Origin: Lingula anatina
Taxonomy: Eukaryota > Animalia > Brachiopoda
DNA length: 64,000 bases
Direction of reading: 5' to 3'
Assembly: GCA_051362555.1 (NCBI GenBank)
Contig: CM120641.1
Coordinates: 28,402,401 to 28,466,400, forward strand
The notes beneath the pieces were generated by a model. The model ran no database searches and was not told where the DNA came from. It saw nothing but the letters and a program-made list of their open reading frames with translations. A program made the position numbers and the translations under genes. Positions 30,001 through 45,000 of this stretch are shown in pieces. Within the stretch, counting starts at the first letter, position 1, and every line of letters begins with the position of its first letter.

Positions 30001-33000
30001 GAAGATGATGAGCGACCCCACCCGGACATAGACTTCACTCTTGGATGCAAGTTAAGGTTAGTAAATTTTATTTTATGGGGGTAGTGGGATTGTTCATTTG
30101 AAAAATTCTAATCTAGTTTTTCATTTACTTTTACAGGACATAGAAGATGATGAGCGACCCCACCCGGACATGGACTTCACTCTAGGATGCAAGTTAAGGT
30201 TAGTAAATTTTATTTTATGGGGGTAGTGGGATTGTTAATTTGAAAAAATCTAATCAAGTTTTTCATTTACTTTTACAGGACAAAGAAGATGCTGAGCGAC
30301 CCTATCCGGACATAGACTTCACTCTTGGATCCAAATTAAGGTTAGTAAATTTTATATTTCTGGGGTGGTGGAATGGGTAAATTGAAAACATCTAATCTTG
30401 TTTTTCATTTCTATTTACAGGACATAGAACATGATGAGTGACCCCACCTGTACATGGACTTCACTCTTGGATCCAAGCTAAGGTTAGTAAATTTTATTTT
30501 TTGGGGGTAGTGGGATTGTTAATTTGAAAAAATCTAATCAAGTTTTTCATTTACTTTTACAGGACAAAGAAGATGATGAGCGACCCCACCCGGACATGGA
30601 CTTCACTCTTGGATCTAAGCTAAGGTTAGTAAATTTTATTTTTCTTTGGTAGTAGGATGGTTAATTTGAAAATATCTTATCTTGTTTTTCATTTCTTTTT
30701 ACAGGACAAAGAAGATGCTGAGTGACCCCACCCGGAACATGGACTTCACTCTTGGATCCAAACTAAGGTTAGTAAATTTTATTTTTGGGGGGGTAGTGGG
30801 ATGGTTAAATTGAAAAAATCTAATCTTGTTTTTCATTCCTTTTTACAGGACAAAGAAGATGAAGAGCGACCCCACCAGGACGTGGACTTCACTCTTGGAT
30901 CCAAGCTAAGGTTAGTAAATTTTATTTTTCTTTGGTGGTAGTGGGATGGGTAAATTGAAAATATCTAACCTTGTTTATTATTTCTTTTTACAGGATAAAG
31001 AAGATGATGAGCAACCCCACCCGGACATGGACTTCACTCTTGGATCCAACCTAAGGTTAGTAAATTTTATTTTAAGGGGGTAGTGGGATTGTTAATTTGA
31101 AAAAATCTAATCTAGTTTTTCATTTACTTTTACAGGACAAAGAAGATGATGAGCGACCCCACCCGGACATAGACTTCACTCTTGGATGCAAGTTAAGGTT
31201 AGTAAATTTTATTTTATGGGGGTAGTGGGATTGTTCATTTGAAAAATTCTAATCTAGTTTTTCATTTACTTTTACAGGACAAGGAAGATGATGAGCGACC
31301 CCACCCGGACATGGACTTCACTCTAGGATGCAAGTTAAGGTTAGTAAATTTTATTTTATGGGGGTAGTGGGATTGTTAATTTGAAAAAATCTAATCAAGT
31401 TTTTCATTTACTTTTACAGGACAAAGAAGATGCTGAGCGACCCTATCCGGACATAGACTTCACTCTTGGATCCAAATTAAGGTTAGTAAATTTTATATTT
31501 CTGGGGTGGTGGAATGGGTAAATTGAAAACATCTAATCTTGTTTTTCATTTCTATTTACAGGACATAGAACATGATGAGTGACCCCACCTGTACATGGAC
31601 TTCACTCTTGGATCCAAGCTAAGGTTAGTAAATTTTATTTTTTGGGGGTAGTGGGATTGTTAATTTGAAAAAATCTAATCAAGTTTTTCATTTACTTTTA
31701 CAGGACAAAGAAGATGATGAGCGACCCCAACCGGACATGGACTTCACTCTTGGATCCAAGCTAAGGTTAGTAAATTTTATTTTTCTTTGGTGGTAGGATG
31801 GGTAAATTGAAAACATCTAATCTTGTTTTTCATTTATTTTTACAGGACAAAGAAGATGATGAGCGACCCCACCCGGACATGGACTTCACTCTTGGATCTA
31901 AGCTAAGGTTAGTAAATTTTATTTTTCTTTGGTGGTAGGATGGTTAATTTGAAAATATCTTATCTTGTTTTTCATTTCTTTTTACAGGACAAAGAAGATG
32001 CTGAGTGACCCCACCCGGAACATGGACTTCACTCTTGGATCCAAGCTAAGGTTAGTAAATTTTATTTTTTTGGGGGTAGTGGGATGGTTAAATTGAAAAT
32101 ATCTAACCTTGTTTTTTATTTCTTTTTACAGGATAAAGAAGATGATGAGCAACCCCACCCGGACATGGACTTCACTCTTGGATCCAACCTAAGGTTAGTA
32201 AATTTTATTTTAAGGGGGTAGTGGGATGGTTAATTTGAAAAAATCTAATCTAGTTTTTCATTTACTTTTACAGGATAAAGAAGATGATGAGCAACCCCAC
32301 CCGGACATGGACTTCACTCTTGGATCCAACCTAAGGTTAGTAAATTTTATTTTAAAGGCGTAGTGGGATGATTAATTTGAAAAAATCTAATCTAGTTTTT
32401 CATTTACTTTTACAGGACAAAGAAGTTGATGAGCGACCCCACCCGGACATGGACTTCACTCTTGGATCTAAGCTAAGGTTAGTAAATTTTATTTTTCTTT
32501 GGTGGGAGGATGGGTAATTTGAAAATATCTTATCTTGTTTTTCATTTCTTTTTACAGGACAAAGAAGATGCTGAGTGACCCCACCTGGAACATGGACTTC
32601 ACTCTTGGATCCAACCTAAGGTTAGTAAATTTTATTTTAAGGGGGTAGTGGGATTGTTAATATGAAAAAATCTAATCTTGTTTTTCATTTCTTTTTACAG
32701 GACATAGAAGATGATGAGCGACCCCACCAGGACATGGACTTCACTCTTGGATGCAAGTTAAGGTTAGTAAATTTTATTTTATGGGGGTAGTGGGATTGTT
32801 AATTTGAAAAAATCTAATCTAGTTTTTCATTTACTATTACAGGACAAAGAAGATGATGAGCGACCCCACCCGGACATGGACTTCACTCTTGGATGCAAGT
32901 TAAGGTTAGTAAATTTTATTTTATGGGGGTAGTGGGATTGTTCATTTGAAAAATTCTAATCTAGTTTTTCATTTACTTTTACAGGACAAGGAAGATGATG

Positions 33001-36000
33001 AGCGACCCCACCCGGACATGGACTTCACTCTTGGATGCAAGTTAAGGTTAGTAAATTTTATTTTATGGGGGTAGTGGGATTGTTAATTTGAAAAAATCTA
33101 ATCTAGTTTTTCATTTACTTTTACAGGACAAGGAAGATGATGAGCGACCCCATCCGGACATGGACTTCACTCTTGGATCCAAGTTAAGGTTAGTAAATTT
33201 TATATTTCTGGGGTGGTGGAATGGGTAAATTGAAAACATCTAATCTTGTTTTTCATTTCTATTTACCGGACATAGAACATGATGAGTGACCCCACCTGGA
33301 CATGGACTTCACTCTTGGATCCTAGCTAAGGTTAGTAAATTTTATTTTAAGGGGGGAGTGGGATTGTTAATTTGAAAAAATCTAATCTAGTTTTTCATTT
33401 ACTTTTACAGGACAAAGAAGATGATGAGCGACCCCACCCGGACATGGACTTCACTCTTGGATCTAAGCTAAGGTTGGTAAATTTTATTTTTCTTTGGTGG
33501 TAGGATGGTTAATTTGAAAATATCTTATCTTGTTTTTCATTTCTTTTTACAGGACAAAGAAGATGCTGAGTGACCCCACCCGGAACATGGACTTCACTCT
33601 TGGATCCAAACTAAGGTTAGTAAATTTTATTTTTTGGGGGGTAGTGGGATGGTTAAATTGAAAACATCTAATCTTGTTTTTCATTTATTTTTACAGGACA
33701 AAGAAGATGATGAGCGACCCCACCCGGACATGGACTTCACTCTTGGATCTAAGCTAAGGTTAGTAAATTTTACTTTTCTTTGGTGGTGGGATGGGTAATT
33801 TGAAAATATCTTATCTTGTTTTTCGTTTCTTTTTACAGGTCAAAGAAGATGATGAGCGACTCCACCCGGACATGGACTTCACTCTTGGATCCAAACTAAA
33901 GTTAGTAAATTTTATTTTTTTGTGGTGATGGGATGGGTAAATTGAAAATATCTAATCTAGTTTTTCATTTATTTTTATAGGACAAAGAAGATGATGACTG
34001 ACCCCACACGGAACATGGACTTCACTCTTCGATCCAAGCTAAGGTTAGTAAATTTTATCTTTTTGTGGTGATGGGATGGGTAAATTGAATATATCTAATC
34101 TAGTTTTTCATTTCTTTTTACAGGACAAAGAAGATGATGAGTAATCCCACCCAGACATGGACTTCACCCTTGGATCCCAGCTAAGGTTAGTAAATTTTAT
34201 TTTTCTTTGGTGGTGGAATGGGTAAATTGAATACATCTAATCTTGTTTTTCATTTCTTTTTACAGGACAAAGAAGATGATGAGCGACCCCACCCAGACAT
34301 GGACTTCACTCTTGGATCCAAACTAAGGTTAGTAAATTTTATTTTTTTGTGGTGATGGGATGGGTAAATTGAAAAATCTAATCTATTTTTTCATTTATTT
34401 TTATAGGACAAAGAAGATGATGAGCGACCCCACCCGGACATAGACTTCACTCTTGGATCCAAGCTAAGGTTAGTAAATTTTATTTTTCTTTGGTGGTGGA
34501 ATTGGTAAATTGTAAACATCTAATCTTGTTTTTCATTCCTTTTTACAGGACAAAGAAGATGATGAGCGATCCCACCAGGACATAGACTTCACTCTTGGAT
34601 CCAAGTTAAGGTTAGTAAATTTTATATTTCTGGGGTGGTGGGATGGGTTAATTGAAAACATCTAATCTTGTTTTTCTATTCTTTTTACAGGACAAAGAAG
34701 ATGATGAGCGATCCCACCCGACATGGACTTCACTCTTGGATCCAAACTAAGGTTAGTATATTTTATTTTTCTGGGGCGGTGGGATGTGTAAATTGAAAAA
34801 ATCTTATCTAGTTTTTCATTTATTTTAACAGGACAAAGAAGATGATGAGTGACCCCACCCAGATAGGACTTCAATCTTGATTCCAAGCTAAGGTTAGTAA
34901 ATTTTATTTTTTTTGGTGGTGGGATGGGTAAATTGAAAATATCTAACCTTTTTTTCATTTCTTTTTACAGGATAAAGAAGATGATGAGCAACCCCACCTG
35001 GACATGGACTTCACTCTTGGATCCAAGCTAAGGTTAGTAAATTTTATTTTTCTGGGGCAGTGGAATGGGTAAATTAAAAAAATCTAACCTTGTTTTTCTA
35101 TTCTTTTTACAGGACAAAGAAGATGATGAGCGACCCCACCCGGACATGGACTTCACTCTTGGATCCAAGCTAAGGTTAGTAAATTTTATTTTTTGGGGGT
35201 AGTGGGATGATTAAATTGAAAAAATCTAATCTAGTTTTTCATTTATTTTTACAGGACAAAGAAGATGATGAGCGACCCCACCCGGATATGGACTTCACTC
35301 TTGGATCCAAACTAAAGTTAGTAAATTTTATTTTTTTGTGGTGGTGGAATGGGTAAATTGAATACATCTAATCTTGTTTTTCGTTTCTTTTTACAGGTCA
35401 AAGAATATGATGAGCGACTCCACCCTGACACGGACTTCACTCTTGGATCCAAACTAAGGTTAGTAAATTTTATTTTTTTGTGGTGATGGGATGGGTCAAT
35501 TGAAAATATCTAATCTAGTTTTTCATTATTTTTTACAGGACAAAGAAGATGATGACTGACCCCACCCGGAACATGGACTTTACTCTTGGATCCAAGCTAA
35601 GGTTAGTAAATTTTATCTTTTTGTGGTGATGGGATGGGTAAATTGAATATATCTAATCTTGTTTTTCATTTCTTTTTACAGGACAAAGAAGATGATGAGC
35701 GACCCCACCCAGACATGGACTTCACTCTTGGATCCAAACTAAGGTTAGTAAATTTTATTTTTTTGTGGTGATGGGATGGGTAAATTGAAAAATCTAATCT
35801 AGTTTTTCATTTATTTTTATAGGACAAAGAAGATGATGAGCGACCCCACCCGGACATAGACTTTACTCTTGGATCCAAGCTAAGGTTAGTAAATTTTATT
35901 TTTCTTTGGTGGTGGAATTGGTAAATTGTAAACATCTAATCTTGTTTTTCATTCCTTTTTACAGGACAAAGAAGATGATGAGCGATCCCACCAGGACATA

Positions 36001-39000
36001 GACTTCACTCTTGGATCCAAGTTAAGGTTAGTAAATTTTATATTTCTGGGGTGGTGGGATGGGTTAATTGAAAACATCTAATCTTGTTTTTCTATTCTTT
36101 TTACAGGACAAAGAAGATGATGAGCGACCCCACCCGACATGGACTTCACTCTTGGATCCAAGCTAAGGTTAGTAAATTTTATTTTTCTTTGGTGGTAGGA
36201 TGGGTAAATTGAAAACATCTAATCTTGTTTTTCATTTATTTTAACAGGACAAAGAAGATGATGAGTGACCCCACCCGGATAGGACTTCAATCTTGATTCC
36301 AAGCTAAGGTTAGTAAATTTTATTTTTTTTGGTGGTGGGATGGGTAAATTGAAAATATCTAACCTTTTTTTCATTTCTTTTTACAGGATAAAGAAGATGA
36401 TGAGCAACCCCACCTGGACATGGACTTCACTCTTGGATCCAAGCTAAGGTTAGTAAATTTTATTTTTCTGGGGCAGTGGAATGGGTAAATTGAAAATATC
36501 TAACCTTGTTTTTCTATTCTTTTTACAGGACAAAGAAGATGATGAGCGACCCCACCCGGACATGGACTTCACTCTTGGATCCAAGCTAAGGTTAGTAAAT
36601 TTTATTTTTTGGGGGTAGTGGGATGATTGAATTGAAAAAATCTAATCTAGTTTTTCATTTATTTTTACAGGAGAAAGAAGATGATGAGCGACCCCACCCG
36701 GACATGGACTTCACTCTTGGATCCAAACTAAAGTTAGTAAATTTTATTTTTTTGTGGTGGTGGAATGGGTAAATTGAATACATCTAATCTTGTTTTTCGT
36801 TTCCTTTTACAGGTCAAAGAATATAATGAGCGACTCCACCCTAACATGGACTTCACTCTTGGATCCAAACTAAGGTTAGTAAATTTTATTTTTTTGTGGT
36901 GATGGGATGGGTAAATTGAAAACATCTAATCTAGTTTTTCATTATTTTTTACAGGACAAAGAAGATGATGACTGACCCCACCCGGAACATGGACTTTACT
37001 CTTGGATCCAAGCTAAGGTTAGTAAATTTTATCTTTTTGTGGTGATGGGATGGGTAAATTGAATATATCTAATCTTGTTTTTCATTTATTTTTACAGGAC
37101 AAAGAAGATGATGAGTGACCCCACCCAGACATGGACTTCACCCTTGGATCCCAGCTAAGGTTAGTAAATTTTATTTTTCTTTGGTGGTGGAATGGGTAAA
37201 TTGAATACATCTAATCTTGTTTTTCATTTCTTTTTACAGGACAAAGAAGATGATGAGCGACCCCACTCAGACATGGACTTCACTCTTGGATCCAAACTAA
37301 GGTTAGTAAATTTTATTTTTTTGTGGTGATGGGATGGGTAAATTGAAAAATCAAATCTAGTTTTTCATTTATTTTTATAGGACAAAGAAGATGATGAGTG
37401 ACCCCACCCGGATAGGACTTCAATCTTGGATCCAAGCTAAGGTTAGTAAATTTTATTTTTTTCGGTGGTGGGATGGGTAAATTGAAAATATCTAACCTTG
37501 TTTTTCATTTCTTTTTACAGGACAAAGAAGATGATGAGCAACCCCACCTGGACATGGATTTAACTCTTGGATCCAAGCTAAGGTTAGTAAATTTAATTTT
37601 TTTTGTGGTGGTGGGATGGGTAAATTGAAAATATCTAACCCTGTTTTTCATTACTTTTTACAGGACAAAGAAGATGATGAGCAACCCCACCCAGACATGG
37701 ACTTCACTGTTGGATCCAAGCTAAGGTTAGTAAATTTTATTGTTTGGGGGTAGCGGGATGGTTAAATTGAAAAAATCTAATCTAGTTTTTCATTTATTTT
37801 TAAAGGACAGAGAAGATGATGAGCGACCCCACTCGGACATGGACTTCACTCTTGGATCCAAGCTTAGGTTAGTAAATTTTATTTTTCTTTGGTGATGGAA
37901 TGGGTAAATTGTAAACATCTAATCTTGTTTTTCATGCCTTTTTACAGGACAAAGAAGATGATGAGCGACCCCACCAGGACATAGACTTCACTCTTGTATC
38001 CAAGTTAAGGTTAGTAAATTTTATATTTCTGGGGTGGTGGGATGGGTTAATTGAAAACATCTAATCTTGTTTGTCTATTCTTTTTACAGGACAAAGAAGA
38101 TGATGAGCGACCCCACCCGGACATGGACTACACTCTTGGATCCAAGCTAAGGTTAGTAAATTTTATTTTTCTTTGGTGGTGGGATGGGTAATTTGAAAAT
38201 ATCTTATCTTGTTTTTCGTTTCTTTTTACAGGTCAAAGAAGATGATGAGCGACTCCACCCGGACATTGACTTCACTCTTGGATCCAAACTAAGGTTAGTA
38301 AATTTTTTTTTTGTGGTGATGGGATGGGTTAATTGAAAAAATCTAATCTAGTTTTTCATTACTTTTTACAGGACAAAGAAGATCATGACTGACCCCACCC
38401 GGAACATGGACTTCACTCTTGGATCCAAGCTAAGGTTAGTAAATTTTGTCTTTTTGTGGTGATGGGATGGGTAAATTTAAAATATCTAATCTTGTTTTTC
38501 ATTTCTTTTTACAGGACAAAGAAGATGATGAGTGACCCCATCCAGACATGGACTTCACCCTTGGATCCCAGCTAAGGTAAGTAAATTTTATTTTTCTTTG
38601 GTGGTGGAATGGGTAAATTGAATACATTTAATCTTGTTTTTCATTTCTTTTTACAGGACAAAGAAGATGATGAGCGACCCCACCCAGACATGGACTTCAC
38701 TCTTCGATCCAAACAAAGGTTAGTAAATTTTATTTTTTAGTGGTGATGGGATGGGTAAATTGAAAAATCTAATCTAGTTTTTCATTTATTTTTATAGGAC
38801 AAAGAAGATGATGAGCGACCCCACCCGGACATAGACTTCACTCTTGGACTCAAGATAAGGTTAGTAAATTTTATTTTTCTTTTGTGGTAGGATGGGTAAA
38901 TTGAAAAAATTTAATCTTATTTTTCATTTCTTTTTACAGGTCAAAGAAGATGATGAGCGACTCCACCCGGACATGGACTTCACTATTGGATCCAAACTAA

Positions 39001-42000
39001 GGTCAGTAAATTTTATATTTCTGGGGCGGTGGGATGTGTAAATTGAAAACATCTAATCTTGTTTTTCATTTCTTTTTACAGGACAAAGAAGATGATGAGT
39101 GACCCCACCCAGACATGGACTTCACCCTTGGATCCCAGCTAAGGTTAGTAAATTTTATTTTTCTTTGGTGGTGGAATGGGTAAATTGAAAACATCTAATC
39201 TTGTTTTTCATTTCTTTTTACAGGACAAAGAAGATGATGAGTGACCCCACCCAGACATGGACTTCACTCTTGGACCAAAGATAAAGTTAGTAAATTTTAT
39301 TTTTCTTTGGTGGTAGGATGGGTAAATTGAAAAAATCTAATCTTATTTTTCGTTTCTTTTTACAGGACAAAGAAGATGATGAGCGACCCCACCAGGACAT
39401 AGACTTCACTCTTGGATCCAAGTTAAGGTTATTAAATTTTATATTTCTGGGGTGGTGGGATGGGTTAATTGAAAACATCTCATCTTGTTTTTCTATTCTT
39501 TTTACAGGACAAAGAAGATGATGAGCGACCCCACTCGACATGGACTTCACTCTTGGATCCAAACTAAGGTTAGTAAAGTTTATTTTTCTGGGGCGGTGGG
39601 ATGTGTAAATTGAAAAAATCTTATCTAGTTTTTCATTTATTTTTACAGGACAAAGAAGATGATGAGTAACCCCACCGGGATAGGAGTTCAATCTTGGATC
39701 CAAGCTAAGGTTAGTAAATTTTGTTTTTTTTTTATGGTGGGATGGGTAAATTGAAAATATCTAACCTTGTTTTTCATTTCTTTTTACAGGACAAAGAAGA
39801 TGATGAGCAACCCCACCTGGACATGGACTTCACTCTTGGATCCAAGCTAAGGTTAGTAAATTTTATTTTTATGGGGCGGTGGAATGGGTAAATTGAAAAT
39901 AGCTAACCTTGTTTTTCATTTCTTTTTACAGGACAAAGAAGATGATGAGCGACTCCACCCGGACATGGACTTCACTCTTGGATCCAAACTAAGGTTAGTA
40001 AATTTTATTTTTTTGTGGTGATGGGATGGGTTAATTGAAAAAATCTAATCTAGTTTTTCATTACTTTTTACAGGACAAAGAAGATGATGACTGACCCCAC
40101 CTGGAACATGGACTTCACTCTTGGATCCAAGCTAAGGTTAGTAAATTTTATCTTTTTGTGGTGATGGGATGGGTAAATTGAATATATCTAATCTTGTTTT
40201 TCATTTCTTTTTACAGGACAAAGAAGATGATGAGTGACACCATCCAGACATGGACTTCACCTTTGGATCCCAGCTAAGGTTAGTAAATTTTATTTTTCTT
40301 TGGTGGTGAAATGGGTAAATTGAATACATCTAATCTTGTTTTTCATTTCTTTTTACGGGACAAAGAAGATGATGAGTGATCCCACCCAGACATGGACTTC
40401 ACTCTTGGATCCAAGCTAAGGTTAGTAAATTTTATTTTTTGGGGGTAGTGGGATGGTTTAATTGAAAAAATCTAATTTAATTTTTTATTTATTTTTAAAG
40501 GACAAAGAAGATGAAGAGCGACCCCACCCGGACATGGACTTCACTCTTGGATCCAAGCTAAGGTTAGTAAATTTTGTTTTTTTTGGTGGTGGGATGGGTA
40601 AATTGAAAATATCTAACCTTGTTTTTCATTTCTTTTTACAGGACAAAGAAGATGATGAGCAACCCCACCTGGACATGGACTTCACTCTTGGATCCAAGCT
40701 AAGGTTAGTAAATTTTATTTTTATGGGGCGGTGGAATGGGTAAATTGAAAATAGCTAACTTTGTTTTTCATTTCTTTTTACAGGACAAAGAAGATGATGA
40801 CTGACCCCACCCGGAACATGGACTTCACTCTTGGATCCAAGTTAAGGTTAGTAAATTTTATTTTTTGGGGGTAGTGGGATGATTAAATTGAAAAAATCTA
40901 ATCTTGTTTTTCATTTATTTTTACAGGACAAAGAAGATGATGAGCGACCCCACCCGGACATGGACTTCACTCTTGGATCCAAGCTAAGGTTAGTAAATTT
41001 TATTTTTCTTTGGTGGTGGGATGGGTTAATTGAAAAAATCTAATCTAGTTTTTCATTACTTTTTACAGGACAAAGAAGATGATGAGCGACCCCACCCGGA
41101 ACATGGACTTCACTCTTGGATCCAAGCTAAGGTTAGTAAATTTTATCTTTTTGTGGTGATGGGATGGGTAAATTGAAAATATCTAATCTTGTTTTTCATT
41201 TCTTTTTACAGGACAAATAAGATGATGAGTGACCCCATCCAGACATGGACTTCACCCTTGGATCCCAGCTAAGGTTAGTAAATTTTATTTTTCTTTGGTG
41301 GTGGAATAGGTAAATTGAATACATCTAATCTTGTTTTTCATTTCTTTTTACAGGACAAAGAAGATGATGAACAACCCCACCCAGACATGGACTTCACTTT
41401 TGGATCCAAACTAAGGTTAGTAAATTTTATTTTTTTGTGGTGATGGGATGGGTAAATTGAAAAATCTAATCTAGTTTTTCATTTATTTTTATAGGACAAA
41501 GAAGATGATGAGCGACCCCACCCGGACATAGACTTCACCCTTGGATCCAAGCTAAGGTTAGTAAATTTTATTTTTCTTTGGTGGTGGAATGGGTAAATTG
41601 TAAAGATCTAATCTTGTTTTTCATTTCTTTTTACAGGACAAAGAAGATGATGAGCGACCCCACCCGGACATAGACTTCACCCTTGGATCCAAGCTAACGT
41701 TAGTAAATTTTATTTTTTGGGGGTAGTGGGATGGTTAAATTGAAGAAATCTAATCTAATTTTTCATTTATTTTTAAAGGACAAAGAAGATGAAGAGCGAC
41801 CCCACCCGGACATGGACTTCAGTCTTGGATCCAAACTAAGGTTAGTAAATTTTATTTTTTGGGGGGTGGTGAGAGGGGTAAATTGAAAAAATCTAACCTT
41901 GTATTTAATTTCTTTTTACAGGACAAAGAAGATGATGAGCGACCCCACCAGGACATAGACTTCACTCTTGGATGAAAGTTAAGGTTAGTAAATTTTATAT

Positions 42001-45000
42001 TTCTGGGGTGGTGGGATGGGTTAATTGAAAACATCTAATCTTGTTTTTTTATTCTTTTTACAGGACAAAGAAGATGATGAGCGACCCCACCTAGACATGG
42101 ACTTCACCCTTGGATCCAAGCTAAGGTTAGTAAATTTTATTTTTCTGGGGCGGTCTGATGTGTAAATTGAAAAAATCTTATCAAGTTTTTCATTTCTTTT
42201 TACAGGACAAAGAAGATGATGAGCAACCCCACCTGGACATGGACTTCACTCTTGGATCCAAGCTAAGGTTAGTAAATTTTATCTTTTTGGGGGTAGTGAG
42301 ATGGTTAAATTGAAAAAATCTAATCTTGTTTTTCATTTATTTTTACAGGACAAAGAAGATGATGAGCGACCCCACCCGGACATGGACTTCACTCTTGGAT
42401 TCAAGCTAAGGTTAGTAAATTTTATTTTTTTGTGGTGATGGGATGGGTAAATTGAAAAATCTAATCTAGTTTTTCATTTCTTTTTATAGGGCAAAGAAGA
42501 TGATGAGCGAACCCACCCGGACATAGACTTCACTCTTGGATCCAAGTTAAGGTTAGTAAATTTCCTATTTCTTTGGTGGTGGAATGGGTAAATTGAAAAA
42601 ATCTAATCTTGTTTTTCATTTCTTTTTACAGGACAAAGAAGATGATGAGCGACCCCACCCGGACATGGACTTCACTTTTGGATCCAAACTAAGGTTAGTA
42701 AATTTTATTTTTTTGTGGTGATGGGATGGGTAAATTGAAAAATCTAATCTAGTTTTTCATTTATTTTTATAGGACAAAGAAGATGATGAGCGACCCCACC
42801 CGGACATAGACTTCACCCTTGGATCCAAGCTAAGGTTAGTAAATTTTATTTTTCTTTGGTGGTGGAATGGGTAAATTGTAAAGATCTAATCTTGTTTTTC
42901 ATTTCTTTTTACAGGACAAAGAAGATGATGAGCGACCCCACCCGGACATAGACTTCACCCTTGGATCCAAGCTAACGTTAGTAAATTTTATTTTTTGGGG
43001 GTAGTGGGATGGTTAAATTGAAGAAATCTAATCTAATTTTTCATTTATTTTTAAAGGACAAAGAAGATGAAGAGCGACCCCACCCGGACATGGACTTCAG
43101 TCTTGGATCCAAACTAAGGTTAGTAAATTTTATTGTTTGGGGGGTGGTGAGAGGGGTAAATTGAAAAAATCTAACCTTGTATTTAATTTCTTTTTACAGG
43201 ACAAAGAAGATGATGAGCGACCCCACCAGGACATAGACTTCACTCTTGGATGAAAGTTAAGGTTAGTAAATTTTATATTTCTGGGGTGGTGGGATGGGTT
43301 AATTGAAAACATCTAATCTTGTTTTTTTATTCTTTTTACAGGACAAAGAAGATGATGAGCGACCCCACCTAGACATGGACTTCACCCTTGGATCCAAGCT
43401 AAGGTTAGTAAATTTTATTTTTCTGGGGCGGTCTGATGTGTAAATTGAAAAAATCTTATCAAGTTTTTCATTTCTTTTTACAGGACAAAGAAGATGATGA
43501 GCAACCCCACCTGGACATGGACTTCACTCTTGGATCCAAGCTAAGGTTAGTAAATTTTATCTTTTTGGGGGTAGTGAGATGGTTAAATTGAAAAAATCTA
43601 ATCTTGTTTTTCATTTATTTTTACAGGACAAAGAAGATGATGAGCGACCCCACCCGGACATGGACTTCACTCTTGGATTCAAGCTAAGGTTAGTAAATTT
43701 TATTTTTTTGTGGTGATGGGATGGGTAAATTGAAAAATCTAATCTAGTTTTTCATTTCTTTTTATAGGGCAAAGAAGATGATGAGCGAACCCACCCGGAC
43801 ATAGACTTCACTCTTGGATCCAAGTTAAGGTTAGTAAATTTCCTATTTCTTTGGTGGTGGAATGGGTAAATTGAAAAAATCTAATCTTGTTTTTCATTTC
43901 TTTTTACAGGACAAAGAAGATGATGAGCGACCCCACCCGGACATGGACTTCACTCTTGGATCCAAACTAAGGTTAGTAAATTTTATTTTTTTGTGGTGAT
44001 GGGATGGGTAAATTGAAAAATCTAATCTTGTTTTTCATTTATTTTTACAGGACAAAGAAGATGATGAGCGACCCCACCCGGACATAGACTTCACTCTTGG
44101 ATCCAAGTTAAGGTTAGTAAATTTTATATTTCTGGGGTGGTGGAATGGGTAAATTGAAAACATCTAATCTTGTTTTTCATTTATTTTTATAGGGCAAAGA
44201 AGATGATGAGCGAACCCACCCGGACATAGACTTCACTCTTGGATCCAAGTTAAGGTTAGTAAATTTTATATTTCTGGGGTGGTGGAATGGGTAAATTGAA
44301 AACATCTAATCTTGTTTTTCATTTCTTTTTACAGGACAAAGAAGATGATGAGCGACCCCACCCAGACATGGACTTCACCCTTGGATCCAAACTAAGGTTA
44401 GTAAATTTTATTTTTCTGGGGGGTGGGATGTGTAAATTGAAAAAATCTAATCTTGTTTTTTGTTCCTTTTTACAGGACAAAGAAGATGATGAGCGACCCC
44501 ACCAGGACATAGACTTCACTCTTGGATCCAAGTTAAGGTTAGTAAATTTAATATTTCTGGGGTGGTGGGATGGGTTAATTGAAAACATCTCATCTTGTTT
44601 TTCTATTCTTTTTACAGGACAAAGAAGATGATGAGCGACCCCACCCGACATGGACTTCACTCTTGGATCCAAACTAAGGTTAGTAAATTTTATTTTTCTG
44701 GGGCGGTGGGATGTGTAAATTGAAAAAATCTTATCTAGTTTTTCATTTATTTTTACAGGACAAAGAAGATGATGAGTGACCCCACCCGGATAGGACTTCA
44801 ATCTTGGATCCAAGCTAAGGTTAGTAAATTTTATTTTTTTTGGTGGTGGGATGGGTAAATTGAAAAAATCTAATCTAATTTTTCATTTATTATTACAGGA
44901 GAAAGAAGATGATGAGCGACCCCACCCGGACATGGACTTCACTCTTGGACCGAAGCTAAGGTTAGTAAATTTTATATTTCTGGGGTGATGTGATGGGTAA

